Shown here in pieces: positions 55,220 through 64,000 of a stretch of 64,000 nt of DNA. The notes under the pieces were generated by a model. That model was not told where the DNA came from. It saw only the letters and a program-made list of their open reading frames with translations, and did not search any database. Source of the stretch: Polyangiales bacterium (GTDB lineage: Bacteria; Myxococcota_A; Polyangia; Polyangiales; JADJQN01); contig CAXNJO010000006.1 in NCBI GenBank assembly GCA_964202905.1, forward strand, positions 192,001 through 256,000. Reading direction: 5' to 3'. How positions within the stretch are numbered: position 1 is the first letter of the stretch; every line of letters starts with the position of its first letter. The position numbers were made by a program, and so were the translations under genes.

Positions 55220-58069
55220 CTACGGCACCTTGCGACCCTTCGGCTTCTTGCTCTTCTTGGCGGAAGGAGCGCCGCCTCCGAGAACAAGCTGCGCGCTCGT
55301 CAGGGTTCTGTAGAGCGCGAACAAGTACTCGACGCGCTCGCGGTCACTCGTGAACTTCGCCCCGCGGTAACACTTCTCGACGGCCTTATCGAGCGCCGCG
55401 TGTGCTTTCACGAGACGCGCGGGCATCGCGAGCGGGTCATAGAGTTCAGCGAGTGTGCTGCTCGGAAAGGCCGCTCGCGCGTCGAGAACCTCCTGCGAGC
55501 AGGCTCCGACCTTGGCGCGCTTCGCGGCGTCGACCTCGGTTGGCCACGGGAAGTTGTTGTAGACGATCCCCACGGAGTACCGATAGCGCGATTCGAGGCG
55601 CCCGCAGACGGTACGCACCCACGCCATGTGCATCGTCGACGTGAGAACGCCGAACTCGTAGAGCGAAGCGTTTGCCAGGACGTACACTTGGTTGGAGGGA
55701 ACGACGGAGGGAGGGAGATACGCGATCGGGATGAACCGCCGCAGCTCCAGCGATGTCGTCGGTATTGCGAGGAAACTGCTGGTCGGCTGCCGGATCTCCG
55801 CGAATCGAGCGGGGGTCTTCGCGAGTTCTTGAGTCGTCTCTCGACCGCGCTTCGCACGCCAGTCACGCACCGCTTTCACGCGCTTGTTGACCGCCGTGAG
55901 CTTGGCCAGATCGCCCGGCGGGGCGTCGACGAGCCAAAGACACCAGCGGTCAATGTTGTGAAGCAGCTCATTGCCTCCGATGAAGCGCCGAATGTACTTA
56001 GCCGCGGCTGGGCTCTCCGCGAGGATGCTGGCGCGATCCTCGGCGTCGAGTGTGTAGTGCCCACCGTCCAGCGCGAAGGAGCCGTACTTGAGTGTCGGCG
56101 CGCGCCCGATCGGTGTCCCTCGGTCGTGTAAGAGGACCGGAGGGCCCTCAACGAGATACTCGTTGATCTCCTTCACGCGGACGTGCCGCGACGCCTCCTC
56201 CTTCGGATCGTCGTAGTCGTAGAGCGTCGGCTTGTCCGCGGGCTCGAACCGTCCGAAGCCGATGATCACGCAGTGTACGTGCGCCTTGCCCCGAGCTTCG
56301 CTCGCCCAGGTGAATGACCTATGCGCGAACTGGATGCGAAGCCCGTCGCCGAACAGCTTCTCGAAGAGGACGCCGGGCTGTTCGCCTTGGGTGATGCTGC
56401 TCGTCGACACGAACGCCACCCGAATCTGCGAACCTCGGATGTAGTCCAGCGCCTTCGCGTACCAGGCGGACACGTAGTCAAGGATGCCGGAGCCCTTCAA
56501 CGGCTTGCCTTTCACGTCAGCGAAGATCGCCGTCAGCTCGGCCTTCTGCTCCTTCGTTTGTTCCTTCTTCCCGACGAAGGGTGGGTTGCCCAGGACAAAC
56601 ACCGAGTTGGATGGCGGCAGGACGGTGCGCCAGTCCGTTCGAAGTGCGTTGGCGTTTCGGATCGTGGGCGTCGCCCTCAAGGGCAGCCGCTTTCCAGGCA
56701 GACCGAATGCCTCGCCCAGCAGACGATTGGCCTGGTGATCGGCGAGCCAGAGGCCGACCTCGGCGATCCGGCAAGGCCACTCGTTGAGTTCGATGCCGTA
56801 GAACTGATCGACGTCCACCTTGCTCAGCTCGCGGACGTCCAAGAACAACGTCTGCGGTTCGTCCTGACGAAGCGCCACGAGCATCTCCTGCTCGATTCGA
56901 CGGAGTTCTCGATACGCGAGGATGAGGAAGTTGCCGCAGCCGCACGCGGGATCGAAGACGCGAATCTGTCGCAGCTTCGCGTGGAACTCCTTCAGGCGCG
57001 CGGCGCGTCGCGTCGATCGATCCTCTTTCAGAGCCGCCAGCTCCTTCTCCAGGTCGTCCAGGAACAGACTGCGGAGCACCTTCAACACGTCCCGTTCGGA
57101 CGTGTAGTGCGCGCCGATTTGTCGTCGCTCCGGCCCGTCGAGGATGTCTTGGAAGAGGCTGCCGAAGACCGCCGGCGAAATACGCGCCCAGTGGAAGTAC
57201 GCACACTGGAGCAGCTTCTCGCGCTGGGCTGACGTGAACGCCGCGGTTGGGAGGGAGCCCTTGAACAGCGCACCGTTCACGTACTCGAACGCGGCGAGGT
57301 CCTCGTCGAGGTTGCGCTGACGGTCTTGGTGGTCCTGGTCGAGTACCTCGAACAACTGCCCGAGGTACATGCCGAGGTCGCTGCCGTCGGGGTTAGTCCG
57401 TTCGAGAAGCTCAGTGAACTGTCGAGGCTCGAAGATGAACGTGTCTTCGGCGAACAGGCAGAATAGGACCCGGACGAGGAAGCGCTCCAAGGCGGCGCCC
57501 GCGTAGCCCGCGTCCTTGAGTGAATCGTGAAGCTCGCAGAGCAGCGCCGTCGCTTCGAAGTTCGCTGGATCTTCCGGGTCGACCTTTTTCGGCTTGTCGC
57601 CTTTGATGAACGCGAACTGCCGGATTTCCTCGTGGAGCTTCCCGAGTGGGATCTCGCTGTACCGGTACTCCTCGTTCGGCCTTGGGTCGTCCGGCTCGAG
57701 GTCGTAGATGCCGAACCGCGTGAAGTCGGAAACGACGACGTAGCGCGGCATTTCCGCCTGCCGGCCCTCGCGCAGCAAGTCACGTAGGTAGTCGAACGCC
57801 TGAAGCTCTGCCTTGTCGAGCGACTGCCCAGCCGATTTGTGCTCGACGAGAAGCACAGACGGCCAGAACAGATCCAGGCGGCCGTACTTGCCGCGGACGT
57901 TCTTGAGAGGGTGCTCGAACGACGCGACTGTCCTCCGCCTCATTCCAAAGATCAGGAAGAACTCGTTCCAGAAGGTCTGCTTGTCCGCATCCTCCTTCTT
58001 CGCGTCTGCCCACTCATGTGAGAATTCCAGCGCGCGGTGTCGGATCTCGTTCCAGTTGATGGTGGTCAT
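55220..58069 (-). CDS. MmeI-family Type IIL restriction-modification enzyme
   Basis: TFWNEFF, RLDLFW..VEHKS, FGSLFQ, GAHYTS, DPACGCGNFL, GNPPF, RYRYS..YNNFPWP, TLAELYDPLAMP. Confidence 0.93.
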   Translation of the reverse strand: MTTINWNEIRHRALEFSHEWADAKKEDADKQTFWNEFFLIFGMRRRTVASFEHPLKNVRGKYGRLDLFWPSVLLVEHKSAGQSLDKAELQAFDYLRDLLREGRQAEMPRYVVVSDFTRFGIYDLEPDDPRPNEEYRYSEIPLGKLHEEIRQFAFIKGDKPKKVDPEDPANFEATALLCELHDSLKDAGYAGAALERFLVRVLFCLFAEDTFIFEPRQFTELLERTNPDGSDLGMYLGQLFEVLDQDHQDRQRNLDEDLAAFEYVNGALFKGSLPTAAFTSAQREKLLQCAYFHWARISPAVFGSLFQDILDGPERRQIGAHYTSERDVLKVLRSLFLDDLEKELAALKEDRSTRRAARLKEFHAKLRQIRVFDPACGCGNFLILAYRELRRIEQEMLVALRQDEPQTLFLDVRELSKVDVDQFYGIELNEWPCRIAEVGLWLADHQANRLLGEAFGLPGKRLPLRATPTIRNANALRTDWRTVLPPSNSVFVLGNPPFVGKKEQTKEQKAELTAIFADVKGKPLKGSGILDYVSAWYAKALDYIRGSQIRVAFVSTSSITQGEQPGVLFEKLFGDGLRIQFAHRSFTWASEARGKAHVHCVIIGFGRFEPADKPTLYDYDDPKEEASRHVRVKEINEYLVEGPPVLLHDRGTPIGRAPTLKYGSFALDGGHYTLDAEDRASILAESPAAAKYIRRFIGGNELLHNIDRWCLWLVDAPPGDLAKLTAVNKRVKAVRDWRAKRGRETTQELAKTPARFAEIRQPTSSFLAIPTTSLELRRFIPIAYLPPSVVPSNQVYVLANASLYEFGVLTSTMHMAWVRTVCGRLESRYRYSVGIVYNNFPWPTEVDAAKRAKVGACSQEVLDARAAFPSSTLAELYDPLAMPARLVKAHAALDKAVEKCYRGAKFTSDRERVEYLFALYRTLTSAQLVLGGGAPSAKKSKKPKGRKVP

Positions 58070-58282
58070 GGTGCGGGGGCGCCAGGCTACCACGGTCGTT
58101 CCGCGTGGAGCGCCGTCGCACGCCCGGTCATTCGAGGCCCGGAGAGTCAGCATGTGCGGCGTATCGGACGGGACGGCCGACGGTTGTGCTCGGGTAGGGG
58201 GGTGGGCGAAAGCTCCGTGCGTGAGCACGGTTCGCGGCCGCTTCTCCCCCCGCGCGACTTTCGGGTGGCCCCCACAGTTCAT

Positions 58283-58302
58283 ATGGTATACACGTATACC
58301 AT
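58283..58302. promoter_or_regulatory. AT-rich inverted repeat overlapping the resolvase start (res/operator candidate)
   Basis: ATGGTATAC-AC-GTATACCAT. Confidence 0.6.
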
Positions 58303-59041
58303 GCGACGCACTGCGACGACTCCTGCGAACGAACGATCGGTGGCCGGCTACGTGCGCGTCAGCACGGACAAGCAGGCAGACGGTGGCGGAAGCCTCGAAG
58401 CGCAGCGTGAGAAGCTTGAGCTGTTCGCCCGCCTTCACGACCTCGTGCTCGTCGAGGTCTTCGTCGACGCGGGCGCGAGCGCGAAGAGCCTGGACCGTCC
58501 AGCGCTTGACCAGGCGCGGGCGGCGCTTCGCTCCGGACGCGCGAGCGGGCTGTTGGTGACCAAGCTCGATCGCCTCACCCGGAGCGTCCGCGATCTCGAC
58601 GCGCTGGTGACCGAGCACTTCGCGAGCGGTCGATCGTCGCTCATCTCTATCGGTGAGAACGTCGACACGCGTTCCGCCGCGGGCCGGCTCGTCTTGAATG
58701 TGCTCACGTCAGTCGCGCAGTGGGAGCGCGAGGCCATCGGCGAGCGCACGTCATTCGTGATGCGGTCGAAGCAGGCGCGGGGCGAGTTCATTGGTGGGCA
58801 ACCGCCGTTCGGATTCCGCCTCGACGCTCAGGGGGACCTCGTGCCCAACCCCGAGGAGCAGCGGACGATCGACCGCGTGATTCAGCTGCGCGCCTCGGGG
58901 CTCTCGCTCGCAGCCGTCGCACTCACTGCGAACGCAGAGGGGCACGTCGGACGGAGCGGACGCCACCTCGCCAAGACGCAGATCGCGCGCATCGTTCGGA
59001 GCGCGGGGCACGGGAGCCGAGCCCTCGCGGAGGCAGCATGA
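58301..59041 (+). CDS. Small serine recombinase (resolvase/invertase)
   Basis: GYVRVSTDKQ, VTKLDRLTRS, QWEREAIGERT, PPFGF. Confidence 0.92.
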   Translation: MRRTATTPANERSVAGYVRVSTDKQADGGGSLEAQREKLELFARLHDLVLVEVFVDAGASAKSLDRPALDQARAALRSGRASGLLVTKLDRLTRSVRDLDALVTEHFASGRSSLISIGENVDTRSAAGRLVLNVLTSVAQWEREAIGERTSFVMRSKQARGEFIGGQPPFGFRLDAQGDLVPNPEEQRTIDRVIQLRASGLSLAAVALTANAEGHVGRSGRHLAKTQIARIVRSAGHGSRALAEAA

Positions 59042-59232
59042 GCGACAGCACGAAGCAGGTGGCCTTTCGACTTCCGACGGACCTACTCGATCGCGTGGAG
59101 GCGTACCGAGCAAGGCGAATCGAGGCAGCGCCGGACCTCGACCTCTCGCTGACGAAGACGGTGCGAATGCTGCTTGAGGCCGGGCTCGGGGCCGTCGAGA
59201 AGCCGGCCGGGAAACGCCCGCGCGGCCGTTGA
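59038..59232 (+). CDS. Ribbon-helix-helix protein
   Basis: GGAGG RBS; KQVAFRLPTDLLDRVEAY..TVRMLLEAGL; ATGA overlap. Confidence 0.8.
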   Translation: MSDSTKQVAFRLPTDLLDRVEAYRARRIEAAPDLDLSLTKTVRMLLEAGLGAVEKPAGKRPRGR

Positions 59233-59316
59233 CCGCCCACTCCGCGCGCTCCCGTTCAACTCGGTGAGTGCGGGCTCAACGCAGGTGCGCGGCATGATGA
59301 GTTCAGGAGCGACCCC

Positions 59317-59643
59317 ATGAACCCGAACGACCCCCGACCTCTCCCCTCCGAGCACGACGAAGTGCCCGAGGACGCTCTCGCGGCCAGCCAACAAACCCTC
59401 GAAGCTCTCGGCGACGTGGCGATCACGCTCTTCCTTCGCGAGCGCGGAATCAAGGCGCGCAAGCGCCGAAGAACGTTACCGACGCAGCCGCGGTCCGACG
59501 CCGCCGACATCCTTCCGGAACGGTCGCCGCTCGCTGCCCCGCCGGTCGACTCCTCGGCGACTTCCGGCAGGGGCTCGGCGGGCATTCGCGCACGGGTTCG
59601 GCGCCGGACCGTCGAAGGCAGCGACGCGGACGGTGCCCCGTGA
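59317..59643 (+). CDS. Hypothetical protein coupled to the integrase
   Basis: AGGAG RBS; GTGA overlap with the integrase. Confidence 0.5.
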   Translation: MNPNDPRPLPSEHDEVPEDALAASQQTLEALGDVAITLFLRERGIKARKRRRTLPTQPRSDAADILPERSPLAAPPVDSSATSGRGSAGIRARVRRRTVEGSDADGAP

Positions 59644-61187
59644 AGACGCTGCCAGGGAACGACGGCACCAGGCTCCGCGCTCTGATCTACGCCAGAGTTT
59701 CGACGAAGGAGCAGGTCGAAAACCAGAGCCTCGACACCCAGGAACGGCTCTGCCACCAACTCTGCGAGAGGGAAGGATTCGAGGTCTTCGAGGTCTTCCG
59801 TGAGGAAGGGGAGTCCGCGAAGACTGCGAAGCGCACGCAGTTCCAGCGCTTGTTGTCCGTCGCGGCGAAGCGCTCGAACAGAATCCGCTTCGTCGTCTTC
59901 TACGCCCTGGATCGATTCATGCGGAACGCTGCGGAGTTTCACGCCATCCGTGGTCTCCTGACGACCTATGGCGTGAACGTCCGCTACGTCATGCAGCCGA
60001 CGGACGACAGTCCAACAGGACGGTTCACCGAGGGGATCTCCGCGCTCGTCGCGCAGCTCGACAACGAGGTCAAGGGAGCTCGCACCCGCGATGGACTCCG
60101 CGAAACCGCTCGGTTGGGACGGTGGGTTTCTAAGCCGCCGATCGGCTATCTCGGCGGTGCTCGACGGGGAGCAGGGCCGAGCCTCGTGCTGGATCCTGTC
60201 CGCGCGCCTTTCATCCGCCGTGCGTTCGAGCTGCTCGCTGCGGGCCGACACGAGAAGGCCGAGATCCTCGCGAAGGTCACGGCGGAGGGTTTCTGCGATA
60301 CGAAGGGCCGTGCGGTCGCGAAGCAGGCATTCGACAAGCTGCTCCGGAATCCTGTCTATTCGGGGCGCGTCGTGTCGAGGAAGCTCGACGTGGACGTGAC
60401 GGCGGACTTCGAGCCGATCGTTACAGCCGCCGTGTTCGAGACAGCTCAGGGCGTGCTGCAAGGGCGGCGGGTTTCGCCCGACGCGAGGACGCTCGACGAT
60501 CCGCGTCTCCCCCTCCGCCGGTTCGTTCGCTGCGCACACTGCGGAACCCCCGTCACGGGGAGCTTCTCCACGGGACGCGGTGGCACGTACGGCTACTACC
60601 GGTGCCGGCTCTCGGGCTGCGCAGGCTTCAATGCCAGCGCGCCGATCGTTGAGGAGAAGTTCGTTGACCTTCTCCGGTCGCTCGAACCCCGTCGTGAGTA
60701 CCTGCGTGCGTTTGGGAAGGTCGTGCTGGCAGCGTGGCGGCTCCGCCGCGACAGCGCCGCCGACGAGGCGCGGCAACTCGCGGCGACGATTGAACGGCTC
60801 CACGTGAAGAAGCGGCAGATCGTGGACGCCCTGATCGACGGCCGGATCGCGAAGCCCGAGTACGATGAGGCGTTGGCGGAGTCGCAGCGCCAGATCGGCG
60901 CGGCACGAGTCGCGGAGCAGAACGCGCGTAGTCGCGAAGTGAACGTCGACGACTTGCTCGCCTTCGCAGAACGCATCCTCACGGACGTCGCCGCGCTCTG
61001 GCTACGCCTAGACGCTAGGGGACAGCGCGCGCTTCAGCTCGCGGTCTTCCCTCGGGGTGTCAGTTTCGATGGCGAAGTCTTTAGAACCCCTGAAATCGCA
61101 AGCGTTTTCACTCACTTGCGGGTGCTCGCGGGCAGCGCTGAAGATGTAGCGTCCCCAGGGGGATTCGAACCCCCGTTAGCGGCGTGA
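59640..61187 (+). CDS. Large serine recombinase/integrase of island 2
   Basis: IYARVSTKEQ, LDRFMRN, LRNPVYSG, CAHC..YYRC..C; last codons are antisense to tRNA-Glu. Confidence 0.94.
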   Translation: MKTLPGNDGTRLRALIYARVSTKEQVENQSLDTQERLCHQLCEREGFEVFEVFREEGESAKTAKRTQFQRLLSVAAKRSNRIRFVVFYALDRFMRNAAEFHAIRGLLTTYGVNVRYVMQPTDDSPTGRFTEGISALVAQLDNEVKGARTRDGLRETARLGRWVSKPPIGYLGGARRGAGPSLVLDPVRAPFIRRAFELLAAGRHEKAEILAKVTAEGFCDTKGRAVAKQAFDKLLRNPVYSGRVVSRKLDVDVTADFEPIVTAAVFETAQGVLQGRRVSPDARTLDDPRLPLRRFVRCAHCGTPVTGSFSTGRGGTYGYYRCRLSGCAGFNASAPIVEEKFVDLLRSLEPRREYLRAFGKVVLAAWRLRRDSAADEARQLAATIERLHVKKRQIVDALIDGRIAKPEYDEALAESQRQIGAARVAEQNARSREVNVDDLLAFAERILTDVAALWLRLDARGQRALQLAVFPRGVSFDGEVFRTPEIASVFTHLRVLAGSAEDVASPGGFEPPLAA

Positions 61188-61222
61188 AAAGCCGCGGTCC
61201 TGGGCCTCTAGACGATGGGGAC
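61147..61222 (-). tRNA. tRNA-Glu(TTC), integration target; encoded end is CTA rather than CCA
   Basis: gtccccatcgtctagaggcccaggaccgcggcttttcacgccgctaacgggggttcgaatccccctggggacgcta. Confidence 0.95.
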
Positions 61223-61230
61223 AGGGAGCG

Positions 61231-61305
61231 TGGTGAGCCGTGCCGGGATTGAACCGGCGACCGTCGGGTTAAAAGCCCGCTGCTCTGCCACTGAGCTAAC
61301 GGCTC
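61231..61305 (-). tRNA. tRNA-Lys(TTT)
   Basis: gagccgttagctcagtggcagagcagcgggcttttaacccgacggtcgccggttcaatcccggcacggctcacca. Confidence 0.95.
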
Positions 61306-61567
61306 GCCGGCGAGGTCGCGGGCGGGCGAGCCTTAGCGCCCGAGCGGGGAGGGGTCAAGACGCTCGGGGCGGGGAGGCCGCGAGATCCCGTCTCGCGGGG
61401 CTGAACGCCGCGGTGGATCGGGGGCCGCGCCGGCACGTCGCGCGCGAACGCGGCGCCGCGCGGAGGCGGGGCCGCAGGCCCATCGGTGACGCGCGACGAC
61501 ATGCCCGCGCGACGACGCACCCGCGCGAACGACCCGGCGAGCCCTTCAACCTGCATGATCGGCGCGG

Positions 61568-62644
61568 TCAGCGCGCGCCGGTGTCGCGGCGGCCGCCCGG
61601 ACGCTTCTGACGCCGCTCGGCCGTCTCGCGGGCCTCACCGCGCAGCGCGAGGAAGCTCCGCACGCGCGCGGGGTCGGCCGTCCCCGCGGCGATCGCGGCG
61701 CGCACCGCGCAGCCCGGCTCGCGGTCGTGCGCACAGTCGGAGAAGCGGCACGCGGCGGCAAACGCGACGAGCTCGGGGAAGGTCTCGTCGAGCGCGGTCT
61801 CGTCCTCGTCGAGCCAGAGCCCGACCTCGCGCACGCCGGGCGTGTCGAGCACGAGCCCGCCCCGCGGGCGGACGACCAACTCGCGGCGCGTGGTGGTGTG
61901 CTTGCCGCGCCCGTCCCCGCGGAGCGCGCCGACCGCGTGCGCGTCGGCCGGGTCGAGCCAGGCGTTGAGGAGCGTGGACTTGCCGACGCCCGAGGAGCCG
62001 AGCAGCGCGACCGTGCGGCCCCCCTCGAAGTACGCCTCGAGCGCCTCGAGCCCGCACCCCGAGGTGGCGCTCGTCGCGTGCACGGGCACGCCCGCCCCGA
62101 GCACCGCGGCGACCTGCACCGCCGTCGCCTCGGCGCTCTCGGGCGGGACGAGGTCGGCCTTCGTGAGCACGACGACCGGGCGCGCGCCGCTCTCGGCGAC
62201 GAGCGCGAGGAAGCGCTCGAGCCGCCGCACGCGGAGGTCGAAGACGAGCGAGGTCGCGAGCATCACGACGTCGACGTTCGCGCCGATCTGCTGCGCGCCG
62301 GCGGCCCGCCCCGCGGCCTTGCGCACGAGCGCGGTGCGCCGCGGCAGCACGTGCAGCACCTCGCGCAGCCCCCGCGCGCCGCGCCCGCCGACGCGCACGA
62401 AGTCGCCGACCACCGGCGTCGCGACGTGCCGCAGCGCGGGCGAGAGCGCGACCCGCTCGGTGCGCGCGCCGATCGCGACGTCCACCTCGCCGCGGTGCCC
62501 GACGACGACGCGGGCGACCTCGCTGCCGGGCGGCGCCGGCGGGGCCTCGGCGAGCCGCGCCTCCCAACCCGCGTCCCAGCCCCAGCGCGCGAGCGGGCCT
62601 CCCTCCGCGTCCGCCCCGCTCCGCTCGTCCCGTGGCTCGTTCAC
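61568..62644 (-). CDS. rsgA: Ribosome small subunit-dependent GTPase A
   Basis: VVGDFV, ANVD, LTKADL, GSSGVGKSTL, GKHTTT, DTPG, CRFSDCAHDREPGC. Confidence 0.95.
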   Translation of the reverse strand: MNEPRDERSGADAEGGPLARWGWDAGWEARLAEAPPAPPGSEVARVVVGHRGEVDVAIGARTERVALSPALRHVATPVVGDFVRVGGRGARGLREVLHVLPRRTALVRKAAGRAAGAQQIGANVDVVMLATSLVFDLRVRRLERFLALVAESGARPVVVLTKADLVPPESAEATAVQVAAVLGAGVPVHATSATSGCGLEALEAYFEGGRTVALLGSSGVGKSTLLNAWLDPADAHAVGALRGDGRGKHTTTRRELVVRPRGGLVLDTPGVREVGLWLDEDETALDETFPELVAFAAACRFSDCAHDREPGCAVRAAIAAGTADPARVRSFLALRGEARETAERRQKRPGGRRDTGAR

Positions 62645-63315
62645 CGCCCGCCCGGATAGCACGTGCGCACGACGCGGGCCGTGAAGGACGCGCGCAGGTA
62701 GAAACCGCGCGGCATCGTCGAGGTCGGCACCTCGTCCTCGCCGGGGGCCCGCACCCGCGCGCGCCCGCTCCGCGCCTTGGGGCGCACCTGCAGGGCGGCC
62801 CCGCGCCGCGCGTCGAGCGCGTCGATCCCCCCGCGCGCGACGAGGCCCTGCGCGGCCTCCCAATCGGCGCGCAGCGTGGCCTCTTCGTCGACGTCCGGCG
62901 ACCACAGCCACGCCGTCCCCACGCGCCGCGCCGCCCACGCCACCCGCGGACCGTGCTCGATCGGCACCCAGAGCACGCGGGCGAGCTTCGCGCGGACGGC
63001 GCTCGTGTCCCAGCGCTCGCGCTCGATGCGGCCGAGCGGCAGCGTGCACACGAACGTGCTCTCGCGCGGGCGCCCATCGGCCGTCAGCGGGATCGTCTTC
63101 ACCTCGACGCCGAGCCGCGGCAGGTCCGGTCCCGCCACGCCCGGCCGCGGTCGCACGTCGAGCGCGCGCTCGACCAGCTCGCCGACGAAGCCCTTCGCGC
63201 GCCGGGGCTCGTCCGGGAGCGGCAGCGCGTGCAACCCGGCGAGCTCCGCGATCGTCCGACCGGCGAGCGCCCGCGCGCGCAGGAGCAGCTCGGCCTCGCT
63301 CGCGGGCTCGTGCAT
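62641..63315 (-). CDS. mutH: MutH-like endonuclease
   Basis: KGFVGELVE, PDL..LGVEVKTIP, ESTFVC, KLARVLWVP, LQVRPKA, PRGFYLRASFT. Confidence 0.85.
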   Translation of the reverse strand: MHEPASEAELLLRARALAGRTIAELAGLHALPLPDEPRRAKGFVGELVERALDVRPRPGVAGPDLPRLGVEVKTIPLTADGRPRESTFVCTLPLGRIERERWDTSAVRAKLARVLWVPIEHGPRVAWAARRVGTAWLWSPDVDEEATLRADWEAAQGLVARGGIDALDARRGAALQVRPKARSGRARVRAPGEDEVPTSTMPRGFYLRASFTARVVRTCYPGGR

Positions 63316-63402
63316 GCCGCGCAGCGTGCGCCCCGCGGCGCGCTGCGGGCAAGGCGCCCCGCGTGATCGCGCCGGCTCCGCGAGGGCCGCTGCGCCCGCG
63401 GC

Positions 63403-64000
63403 TCAGCGCAGCTCGGTGACCTTCTCGCCGAAGATCCGCTCGAGCTGCGAGAGCAGCGCCTCGCTCGGCTCGACGCTCACGCCCGTCGTCGGGAACGTCA
63501 CGGCCCAGCGCTCGCTCGAGGTGAGCTCGAGCGTCACCGCGCACGGCCCCGGGTGCTTCGCGAGCGTCTCGCGCAGCAGCGTCAGCTTCCGCGCGTCGAA
63601 GCGCTCGACCGCGAGGCGCACGCGCACCGCTTTCGTGCGGGCGCGGAGGGCCTGGGCGAGCGGCGCGACCTCTTCGAGCAGCAGCTTGGCCTCGGTCGGC
63701 GTGTCGCCGCTCGTGTCCTCTTCCTCGCCGCCGCGTCCACCGCGCTCGCGCTCGTACTGCACGTCTCCGGTGACGACGACGGGCTCGCCCGCCGCGAGCG
63801 TGTCGGCGATGCCCGGCTGGTCGAGGATCTTCGGCCGCACCACCACCTCGACGCGGCCGAGCGAGTCCTCGAGCGTGAAGAACGCGATCTTCCCGCCCGA
63901 CTTCGTGGGCCGGACGCGGTAGCCCTCCACGGAGCCGCCGATCGTCACGCGCGCGCCCTCGGGCAGCGTCGAGAGCGACTCCGTCGTCGCGTTGCAGAAG
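63403..64000 (-). CDS. dnaE: DNA polymerase III alpha subunit, C-terminal part (runs off the window)
   Basis: OB fold TKSGGKIAFFTLEDSLGRVEVVV; C-terminal domain LAKHPGPCAV..LERIFG. Confidence 0.85.
   Translation of the reverse strand, partial: FCNATTESLSTLPEGARVTIGGSVEGYRVRPTKSGGKIAFFTLEDSLGRVEVVVRPKILDQPGIADTLAAGEPVVVTGDVQYERERGGRGGEEEDTSGDTPTEAKLLLEEVAPLAQALRARTKAVRVRLAVERFDARKLTLLRETLAKHPGPCAVTLELTSSERWAVTFPTTGVSVEPSEALLSQLERIFGEKVTELR

Larger units (their letters stand above)
51084..61155. mobile_element. Genomic island 2 (serine-integrase element, about 10.1 kb)
   Basis: 12-bp direct repeat at both ends; integrase at the right end running into tRNA-Glu. Confidence 0.85.

Overview
Very GC-rich bacterial DNA whose gene content (eukaryote-like Ser/Thr kinases, PaaI pair, TatP-like TRAP protein, wHTH histone-like protein) suggests Myxococcota/Polyangiales; this is inference only. 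Host genes occupy about 1-22.6 kb and 61.1-64 kb (tRNA-Glu, tRNA-Lys, rsgA, mutH-like, 3' end of dnaE). Between them are two tandem genomic islands integrated at the 3' end of tRNA-Glu(TTC): island 1 (about 22670-51090) and island 2 (about 51084-61155). Each ends in a large serine recombinase whose reading frame runs into the att core, so integration swaps the integrase C-terminus. Island 1 carries an IetAS-like S8 protease/AAA pair, a phage-like recombination block (Rad52-like, PD-(D/E)XK, RadC, DUF932), an AbiGi-like gene, an SNF2/DUF1156/DUF499 operon and a Thoeris system whose TIR protein has an unusual N-terminal extension. It also carries the strongest novelty candidate: an RHH + stand-alone reverse transcriptase operon followed by about 400 nt of highly structured sequence. 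Island 2 carries an HNH nuclease, an MmeI-type R-M enzyme, a resolvase and a duplicated 16-bp palindrome. About a dozen apparent single-base frameshifts in both host and island genes are most likely sequencing or assembly indels. All family calls come from motifs read by eye, not from database searches.
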